Shown: one piece after another, positions 15,521 through 21,450 of the stretch | Layout: each line of letters starts with the position of its first letter | How positions within the stretch are numbered: position 1 is the first letter of the stretch | Assembly (NCBI GenBank): GCA_024404275.1 | Contig: JAKSQG010000013.1 | Location: 1 to 21,450 of the forward strand | Origin: Clostridia bacterium | GTDB lineage: Bacteria; Bacillota; Clostridia; Christensenellales; Aristaeellaceae | Direction of reading: 5' to 3' | DNA length: 21,450 nt | The notes under the pieces: generated by a model | What the model was told of the DNA's origin: nothing | The model's input: the letters and a program-made list of their open reading frames with translations, nothing else | The model's database searches: none | Made by a program: the position numbers and the translations under genes

Positions 15521-16996
15521 TTACTCGTTGGCCAGACCCAGAGCAACCAGCTGCTCGGTAGCCAGATTCATGTACTCGCCGAAGTCGTAGCTGTCATACA
15601 GCTCCTGAATGAACTGGTCATATTCGGCCAGGTCACGCTCGCCCTTGTAGAAGGCGATCAGCTGAGTATTGATGTAGCTTTCCATATCGGCCAGGTTGAA
15701 GTCATCGGGCACGATAACGGAGGTGTTGAAGTACTCCAGGATGTTGTAGTGCAGACCCCAGGCAACTTCCTTGGAAGCCTCGGGGAACTTGGCGGCCAGA
15801 TAGGTCATCTCGTCGCGGCCCAGCCACTGATACTCATGCACGTAGTTGGTTTCGGCAGCGTTTTCGGGAACCAGCTTGATCATGCCGTTCTCGTCGTAGT
15901 TCCAGTGACGGCCTTCCAGACCCATGTACACCAGCATCTTGCCTTCTTCGGTGCACATATAGTCCAGAACCTTCAGCAGAGCTTCGAACTTCTCATCGCT
16001 GATGTCGGCGCTCACAGCCAGCTTGTCGCCAACGTTGACGTCATGCTTAACGATGGTGAAGCGCGGGCCCTCGCCGGCGTCCAGAGCTTCGATCACGTCA
16101 TAGGTGGCTTCTGGGCAAACGGCCTTCCACTGGTCGATGTAGCTCTGCTTGTGAACGTTGGACCACTTAACAGCGGACACACCGACGTTGCAGCTGAACA
16201 CGGTCGCCTTGGCGCTGCTGTTGCTCATCAGGCCGGGATCCAGCAGGTTGGAGTCATAGAACTTCTTCAGCATGGTCAGAGCTTCGACCATACGGGGCTG
16301 CAGCACGCTGTTGGTGACCTTGCCGTCACGGATCAGCAGGTAGTTGCCCAGACCGACATCATAGGGAGCGGTGATGCAGGCCAGACCGGGCAGACCATAG
16401 CTGGTCAGACCGATGGTGTCGATCACGCCGTTGCCGTCGTAGTCGTGGGAAACGATGTCCATGCAGTAGTCGTAGAGTTCATCCACAGTGGTGGGAACCT
16501 TCAGACCGTACTTTTCGTTCCAGTCGCCGCGGACATAGATTTCGAACTGCTGTTCGCCCAGAGGCTGAGCAGCGGGGAAGCAGTACATGCCGCCATCATA
16601 GTAGTTGGAAGGAATGTCGATGTTGTCGCCATAGGCTTCCAGCAGATGATTCCAGAATTCGGTGCCCTTGATCTCGGAAATGTCCTTCAGATAACCGGAA
16701 GCAGCGAAGTTCTGCACCTGATCCGGTCCGAGCCACATGACATCCGGGATTTCGCCGCCGACGATGCGGGCGCCCAGAGCGGTGTCATAGTCCTGCAGGT
16801 CATCCAGGATCACTTCGACGCCGATCTTATCGCGGATGGTGGTGTAAACATAGTCGTCTTCACGATCGGTGGGGATACCGCCGGCATGCTTGTCGGTCAC
16901 GCCGTAGATGACGATGTTTTCAGCCTGGGCGGTCATCATGCCGGTCAGGGAGAAGAGCATGGCCATCATCAGAACGAGGGAGATAATGCGCTTCAT
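15521..16996 (-). CDS. ABC transporter extracellular solute-binding protein (large carbohydrate-type, LplA-like)
   Basis: ATG 16996 with AAAGGAGGA upstream. Signal peptide MKRIISLVLMMAMLFSLTGMMTAQA. 491 aa with family-1 SBP character. It is the last gene of the permease operon. Confidence 0.88.
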   Translation of the reverse strand: MKRIISLVLMMAMLFSLTGMMTAQAENIVIYGVTDKHAGGIPTDREDDYVYTTIRDKIGVEVILDDLQDYDTALGARIVGGEIPDVMWLGPDQVQNFAASGYLKDISEIKGTEFWNHLLEAYGDNIDIPSNYYDGGMYCFPAAQPLGEQQFEIYVRGDWNEKYGLKVPTTVDELYDYCMDIVSHDYDGNGVIDTIGLTSYGLPGLACITAPYDVGLGNYLLIRDGKVTNSVLQPRMVEALTMLKKFYDSNLLDPGLMSNSSAKATVFSCNVGVSAVKWSNVHKQSYIDQWKAVCPEATYDVIEALDAGEGPRFTIVKHDVNVGDKLAVSADISDEKFEALLKVLDYMCTEEGKMLVYMGLEGRHWNYDENGMIKLVPENAAETNYVHEYQWLGRDEMTYLAAKFPEASKEVAWGLHYNILEYFNTSVIVPDDFNLADMESYINTQLIAFYKGERDLAEYDQFIQELYDSYDFGEYMNLATEQLVALGLANE

Positions 16997-17053
16997 ACTT
17001 GGGGTCCTCCTTTTAAATTTATATGCAGACCATTGCGGTCTGAATACCATGTG

Positions 17054-17911
17054 TCAGCCCTTCACGGCGCCCGCCAGGGTACCCTTGACGAAGTACTTCT
17101 GAATGAAGGGATAAATAACAACGATGGGAACGGTGGCAAACACAACGGCTGCCATCTTGAGGGTCTCGGGCGGCACCACGTCATCGGCAGTGATGTCGGT
17201 GGTGTTGGCACGCAGCTTGGCACGCAGAACGACCTGCAGCGGATACTTGGCAGTGTTGGTGATGTACAGTACCGCATTGGTGTAGGTGTTCCAATGGTCC
17301 ACGGCGTAGTACATGCCGATGGTCATCAGGATGGGCAGCGACATGGGCATCACGATACGAAGCAGCACGCCAAACTCCGTCGCGCCATCGATGCGGGCCG
17401 ATTCAAACAGTTCCTCCGGCAATCCCTCAAAGAAGGCCTTCATGATGATCAGGTTATACACGCTGACCATGGTGGGCACAAACAGGGACCACATGGAGTT
17501 GAGCAAACCGGTCTCCTTGACCACCAGATAGGTGGGAATGGTACCGGCGGAGAAGACCATCGTGAAAACGATCAGCTTCATGACCCACTTCTGTCCGGGC
17601 ATCCTGCGGCGGGAAAGCGGATAAGCGGTCAGCAGGGTGACCAGCAGGTTGCTGCCGGTACCCACCAGAGTGACCCACACGGTCAGCAGCATCGAATGGG
17701 CCAGCTTGCCGTCCTGCAGCATCTCACGGTAGGCCGTCAATGTGAAGGAGCGGGGAATCAGCACGAAGCCGCCGTTTTTGATGACCTCGGCATAGGGCGT
17801 AAAGGACATGGAAACAACAAACAGAACGGGAACAAGGGTGACCAGCAGCACAATGCCCATGATCACATAAACGACGATATTGAACGCCAGATCGCTTCTG
17901 CTTTTTACCAT
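17054..17911 (-). CDS. Carbohydrate ABC transporter permease (LplC/YtcP-like)
   Basis: Six-TM protein with the EAA-loop FESARIDGATEFGVLLRIVMP. ATG 17911 (MVKSRSDLAFNIV) overlaps the upstream permease stop by 7 nt. Confidence 0.9.
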   Translation of the reverse strand: MVKSRSDLAFNIVVYVIMGIVLLVTLVPVLFVVSMSFTPYAEVIKNGGFVLIPRSFTLTAYREMLQDGKLAHSMLLTVWVTLVGTGSNLLVTLLTAYPLSRRRMPGQKWVMKLIVFTMVFSAGTIPTYLVVKETGLLNSMWSLFVPTMVSVYNLIIMKAFFEGLPEELFESARIDGATEFGVLLRIVMPMSLPILMTIGMYYAVDHWNTYTNAVLYITNTAKYPLQVVLRAKLRANTTDITADDVVPPETLKMAAVVFATVPIVVIYPFIQKYFVKGTLAGAVKG

Positions 17912-18843
17912 AGCGCACTGTCCCACTTTCTGGCCAATGCGTTGGTGCCGAAGACCAGCACACAGCTGATGGCCGATTTAAACAGACCGACGGCGGTGGC
18001 GAGAGAATAGTTCATTTTGCCGATACCCTGTGTATACACCCAAGTATCGATGATCTCACCGGAGGTCTTGACCTCATCCGTCATCATGATGTACACCTGG
18101 TTGAAGCCGGCGCTCAGCACGTTGCCCACCTTGGTAATCAGCAGCACGATGAAAATGTTGCGCAGGCAGGGCAGCGTGATGTACCAGATCTGACGGAAAC
18201 GGCCGCAGCCATCCACCGTCGCCGCCTCATAGAGGCTGGTATCGATGCCCATGATGGCCGCCAGATAGATAATGGCGCCCCAGCCGAGTCCCTTCCACAG
18301 GTCACTGCCGACCAGCACACCCTGGAAGTACTTGTTGCTCGTCATGAAAGGAATGGCGTTCATGCCAAGACGCTTGAACAATACATTGACAATACCGTTG
18401 GGCTGACCCAGCATGGCGAGACAGATACCGTACACAACGGACCAGCTGAAGAAGTGAGGCAGATAGGAAATGGTCTGCGTGATGCGGGCAAACCAACGGG
18501 CCTTACACTCACTGACAGCGATGGCAAAAATCAGCGAAGGCAGCAGACCCATGCCCAGCTTCCACAGGCTCAGGGTGATGGTGTTGCTCAGCACACGGCT
18601 GTTGGCGGGCGAACCGAAAAACTGTTTGAAATACTTGAACCACGGATCGACCCACGGGCTGCCGTAAATACCCAGCTTGGCATTGAATTTTTTGAATGCC
18701 AACACCAGACCTGCCATGGGATAGTACTTATACAGGGCAAAATAGATAATACCGGGAATCAACATCAGATATAACGGCCACCAGCGAATGATTGTCGCTC
18801 TGAATCGACCCTTTCTGCGGGGCAACTTGACGGTCTGACTCAT
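17905..18843 (-). CDS. Carbohydrate ABC transporter permease (LplB-like)
   Basis: ATG 18843 with CCGGAGGAAAT upstream. N-terminus is MSQTVKLPRRKGRFRATIIRWWPLYLM. EAA-loop is YEAATVDGCGRFRQIWYITLP. Confidence 0.9.
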   Translation of the reverse strand: MSQTVKLPRRKGRFRATIIRWWPLYLMLIPGIIYFALYKYYPMAGLVLAFKKFNAKLGIYGSPWVDPWFKYFKQFFGSPANSRVLSNTITLSLWKLGMGLLPSLIFAIAVSECKARWFARITQTISYLPHFFSWSVVYGICLAMLGQPNGIVNVLFKRLGMNAIPFMTSNKYFQGVLVGSDLWKGLGWGAIIYLAAIMGIDTSLYEAATVDGCGRFRQIWYITLPCLRNIFIVLLITKVGNVLSAGFNQVYIMMTDEVKTSGEIIDTWVYTQGIGKMNYSLATAVGLFKSAISCVLVFGTNALARKWDSALW

Positions 18844-18939
18844 ATTTCCTCCGGATATGCAGCCTCTGCCAAGGCTGAAATATGGGAACGCAAAATAGAA
18901 AATAGACAATACGGTTCTATCTCTACCATTGTTAACAGT

Positions 18940-18968
18940 ATTATATCGCGGCATTTGTTATATGTCAA
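18940..18968 (-). promoter_or_regulatory. Consensus sigma-A promoter of the ABC operon
   Basis: The minus strand reads TTGACA, a 17-nt spacer (tataacaaatgccgcga), then TATAAT, so both hexamers are perfect consensus. An upstream T-rich (UP-like) tract lies at 18982-18996. Confidence 0.7.
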
Positions 18969-19035
18969 GCTATATGTCACCAAAAAAACAAAAAAACTTA
19001 CATGCCGTATCCCGCTTTCGAAGCATTCGCCGCAC

Positions 19036-19069
19036 GCAAAAAGGAAGGACGTTTCCGTCCTTCCTTTGC
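19036..19069 (-). terminator. Intrinsic terminator downstream of panF
   Basis: AAGGAAGGACG (19041-19051), loop TTTC, then CGTCCTTCCTT (19056-19066). On the minus strand the hairpin is followed by a TTTTT run. It lies 8-10 nt after the panF TGA. Confidence 0.7.
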
Positions 19070-19076
19070 AATCATA

Positions 19077-20582
19077 TCAGAAGCACTTGTCCAGAATATC
19101 CGGATCCAGCCCCTTCTTTGCGGTCGCATGACCTACCGCAAAATAGAGGATTCCGCCGCCGAGCAGACCCCAGATGACCGGGTTGAAGCCCGCAATGCTG
19201 AAACCCGCATAGCGGTTCAGTGCCCAGAAGAATATGTACAGTCCCACCGAGCCGATCGAGCCCGCTACAGCCGCCTGACGGGTGCCCTTCTTCCAGAACA
19301 AGCCGCCCAGCAGCGGCCACAGGAAGGTGCACTCCAGACCGCCGAAAGCAAACATATTAATGAAAAAGATGATGTCCGGCGGGTTGACAGTCAACAGGAT
19401 CACCAGTGCGCCCAGCACAATGGTGCACACGGTGGACATCTTCTTGACATTGCGGTGATAGCTTTCCAGCTTCTTTTTATCCTCGCGCACCACATAGGTA
19501 CGGTACAGATCGCGCACAATAGCCGCCGCCACCAGAATAAGCAGCGAGTCCGCCGTGGACATGACCGCCGCCATGGGTGCCGCCAGGAAGATGCCCGCCA
19601 CGCCGGTCGGCATGATCTGCTGAATGACATACGGAATGAAGCCGTCCGAGGAAGTGCCTTCCGGCAGGGCAATGCCCAGACCGCCCGCCCAGCAGCCAGC
19701 AAGATGCATGCCGACAATGACAAAGGAGCAGGTCACGGCACCGATCCACATGGCGGAATGCATCGACTTGGTATTCTTGAAGCCCATGGCCCTTACCGCC
19801 GTCTGCGGCAGACCCAGCGTGGCAAAGCCCACCAGCACCCAGTAGCTGAGCAGACCGCCGTTGGAATACACAGCGTTCAGGTTGGCATAGGTATCGGCGA
19901 TACTGCTCGCACGCAGACCGGCATCGATGCCGCTGACACCGCCGCCGCGCTGCAGCACAAAAAATAGGAAGAGAAATGTACCGACGCACATGATGATGCC
20001 CTGAATGGTATCGGTGATCGCCACGGCGGAGAAGCCGCCGAAGGCCGTATAGATGACCACCACTGCGCCGAAGATGAGCAGTGCGGGCACATGTTCCAGT
20101 CCCGTGATGGAAGCGATCAGCGTGGCGCCGCCGCTGAACTGGCCGATCATCTGAGCGATGACGAACACCACCATCAGCAGGCTGACGGTAATGACCAGTG
20201 TGTCGCTCTTATAGCGCGCCTTCAGGTAACCAACCACCGTCACAGCGCCCGTACGGCGGCTGACGATGGCCAGCTTGTTGCCCAGCACGCCCAGCACCAG
20301 GAAGGTGACGGGCACCTGTACGGCCGCCACCCACACCTGTGCATAACCGTAGGTCATGCCGGCGGCACCGGGACCGGAAAGGAAAGAGCTGGCGGAAGTA
20401 TAGGTCGCCATGATGGTCATGGCCAGGATGAGGCCGTTCATGCCGCGGCCGCCGATGAAGAATTTCTTTTCGTCTGTGCCGGCTTCGCTGTTCTTTTTGC
20501 GGCTGTACCACAGACCAATCACGGTATTGAGCAGAAGATAGGCAATAAAAATGACCAGCAATGTGCTTTGCGTCTGCGTCAT
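19077..20582 (-). CDS. panF: Sodium:solute symporter family, sodium/pantothenate symporter-like
   Basis: 501 aa, collinear with E. coli PanF as I remember it. Examples: GGRGMNGLILAMTIMATYTSASSFLSGPGAAG versus GSRSMGGIVLAMTLTATYISASSFIGGPGAAY, and FGGLECTFLWPLLGGLFWKK versus FGGLEAVFLWPLVLGLYWER. It is preceded by a yhdT-like gene, as in E. coli. Confidence 0.82.
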   Translation of the reverse strand: MTQTQSTLLVIFIAYLLLNTVIGLWYSRKKNSEAGTDEKKFFIGGRGMNGLILAMTIMATYTSASSFLSGPGAAGMTYGYAQVWVAAVQVPVTFLVLGVLGNKLAIVSRRTGAVTVVGYLKARYKSDTLVITVSLLMVVFVIAQMIGQFSGGATLIASITGLEHVPALLIFGAVVVIYTAFGGFSAVAITDTIQGIIMCVGTFLFLFFVLQRGGGVSGIDAGLRASSIADTYANLNAVYSNGGLLSYWVLVGFATLGLPQTAVRAMGFKNTKSMHSAMWIGAVTCSFVIVGMHLAGCWAGGLGIALPEGTSSDGFIPYVIQQIMPTGVAGIFLAAPMAAVMSTADSLLILVAAAIVRDLYRTYVVREDKKKLESYHRNVKKMSTVCTIVLGALVILLTVNPPDIIFFINMFAFGGLECTFLWPLLGGLFWKKGTRQAAVAGSIGSVGLYIFFWALNRYAGFSIAGFNPVIWGLLGGGILYFAVGHATAKKGLDPDILDKCF

Positions 20583-20854
20583 TCCTTCTCCGCCTCCTCT
20601 CCTGTCTCCTCTTCGTATTCAAAATCAATAAATACGAATTTCAGCAGAAGGCCCACGCCGGCAAGTGCCAGCACGATGGTGCCCAGTACGGATACGCTGA
20701 ACCACGCGGGCATACCCAGAAAGTATGCTTCCGATCCGTTCAGCGCAAAAGCGGTGATGATGTGCCACGCGCAGCAGACAGCAACCACGATCAGAGTCCA
20801 GCGGATCTCTTTCATGCACTGCCGGTGCTGCTCAGCCCTGGTCAGTTTCTTCAT
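20579..20854 (-). CDS. yhdT: YhdT-family (DUF997) small membrane protein
   Basis: 91 aa with two TM segments. KEIRWTLIVVAVCCAWH and GMPAWFSVSVLGT...LLLKFVFIDFEYEEE parallel E. coli YhdT (KEARWALGLTLLYLAVW, GFPRWFEMACIL...VKFIYRDIPLEDDD). Its TGA overlaps the panF ATG (ATGA). Confidence 0.75.
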   Translation of the reverse strand: MKKLTRAEQHRQCMKEIRWTLIVVAVCCAWHIITAFALNGSEAYFLGMPAWFSVSVLGTIVLALAGVGLLLKFVFIDFEYEEETGEEAEKE

Positions 20855-20906
20855 ATTCAGTTCTCCTTCGGAAAATGTCGGATCCCGGTCGGGTACCCGC
20901 AGGGTT

Positions 20907-20935
20907 ATTATGCACCGTTTTGCACGAATTGTAAA
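20907..20935 (-). promoter_or_regulatory. Candidate promoter for yhdT-panF
   Basis: The minus strand reads TTTACA, a 17-nt spacer, then CATAAT, about 50 nt upstream of ATG 20854. Confidence 0.45.
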
Positions 20936-20973
20936 GACGAATTATGAATATTTATTGATAATCGCTGTTTTGC

Positions 20974-21002
20974 TTGTCAGAGCAGGACAGATGTGCTATA
21001 AT
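20974..21002 (+). promoter_or_regulatory. Extended -10 promoter for yajC
   Basis: TTGTCA (20974-20979), a 17-nt spacer, then TGcTATAAT (20994-21002). AAAGGAG RBS precedes ATG 21046. Confidence 0.6.
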
Positions 21003-21045
21003 GCCTTTGATTCGCATTCCGAACATCTGAAAGGAGCTTTGTCCA

Positions 21046-21450
21046 ATGAACAAGCTTACCCGTGCCTTCGCTTTCGTGCTCTGCCTGATGCTGAGCCTCA
21101 GCGTTGCCGCCGTCGCCCTGGCTGAAGCTGCCGCTGAAGAAGTCAGCCCCGTGGCCAGCCTGATCGCCACCTTTGCTCCCATGGTCCTGCTGATCGTCAT
21201 CATGTACTTCTTCCTCATCCGTCCCCAGCGCAAGAAGGATAAGAAAGTCAAGGAAATGCTGGCTGCCCTGAAGGTGGGCGACCGCGTCTGCACCATCGGC
21301 GGCATGTACGGCACCATCATCAACATCCGTGATGAGAACACCGTCACCCTGGCCCTCGGTCCCCAGGAAGTGCCCGTTGTGTTTGCCCGTTGGGCCATCC
21401 GCAATGTGGAAGAGATCACTGTGGAAAACGATTCCGAAGTGCTGGCCTGA
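21046..21450 (+). CDS. yajC: Preprotein translocase subunit YajC, with an N-terminal signal-like extension
   Basis: Canonical YajC core MVLLIVIMYFFLIRPQRKKDKKVKEMLAALKVGDRVCTIGGMYGTIINI. The TGA stop is at the window end. Confidence 0.9.
   Translation: MNKLTRAFAFVLCLMLSLSVAAVALAEAAAEEVSPVASLIATFAPMVLLIVIMYFFLIRPQRKKDKKVKEMLAALKVGDRVCTIGGMYGTIINIRDENTVTLALGPQEVPVVFARWAIRNVEEITVENDSEVLA

Noticed and set aside
15509-18010. An 833-aa plus-strand ORF, the longest in the track
   Set aside because: It lies entirely antisense to the well-supported binding-protein and permease genes. Its translation is low-complexity (G/V/H/D/Q-rich) with no family resemblance, RBS or promoter. It is a typical shadow ORF of a high-GC coding strand.
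1-21450. A search for tRNA/rRNA genes, CRISPR repeats, IS elements, integrases, toxin-antitoxin pairs or defence-system genes
   Set aside because: All intergenic gaps are 233 nt or shorter and are accounted for by promoters and terminators. Every sizeable ORF belongs to a housekeeping, envelope or transport family. There is no repeat-spacer periodicity and there are no terminal inverted repeats. By eye, GC content and codon bias look uniform outside the AT-rich intergenic spacers, so nothing suggests a horizontally acquired island.

Overview
This is a high-GC Firmicutes (Clostridia-like) chromosomal segment; PolC-type polymerase, extended -10 promoters and GGAGG ribosome-binding sites support that placement. 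It looks like core genome rather than an accessory island. I found no rRNA, tRNA, CRISPR array, transposase, integrase or recognisable defence system.

Gene layout:
- 1-8470 (minus): one tightly packed housekeeping operon, frr, a small ORF, uppS, cdsA, dxr, rseP, ispG, polC. polC runs off the left edge and is missing from the ORF track because it has no in-window stop.
- 8602-12019 (plus): a CDF metal exporter, an LCP-family ligase and a phosphodiester glycosidase with a peptidoglycan-binding domain.
- 12085-13539 (minus, convergent): a UPF0104 flippase-like membrane protein followed by a small stefin/cystatin-like lipoprotein.
- 13720-15404 (plus): a PhnP-like MBL hydrolase and a QueG/RdhA-like 2x[4Fe-4S] protein.
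- 15521-18843 (minus): a sugar ABC operon (two permeases and a binding protein, no ATPase) behind a consensus promoter.
- 19077-20854 (minus): yhdT-panF.
- 21046-21450 (plus): yajC.

Main observations:
1. Two otherwise intact genes each carry one in-frame TAG: the essential uppS (7460-7462) and the flippase-like gene (13405-13407). Both fall at codon 45 from the best-supported start. None of the 20 in-window terminators is TAG.
2. A secreted protein carries all the stefin-type cystatin motifs (GGWS, QVVNGTNY).

The long antisense ORFs in the track are shadow ORFs of a high-GC genome. I found no convincing new multi-gene system.
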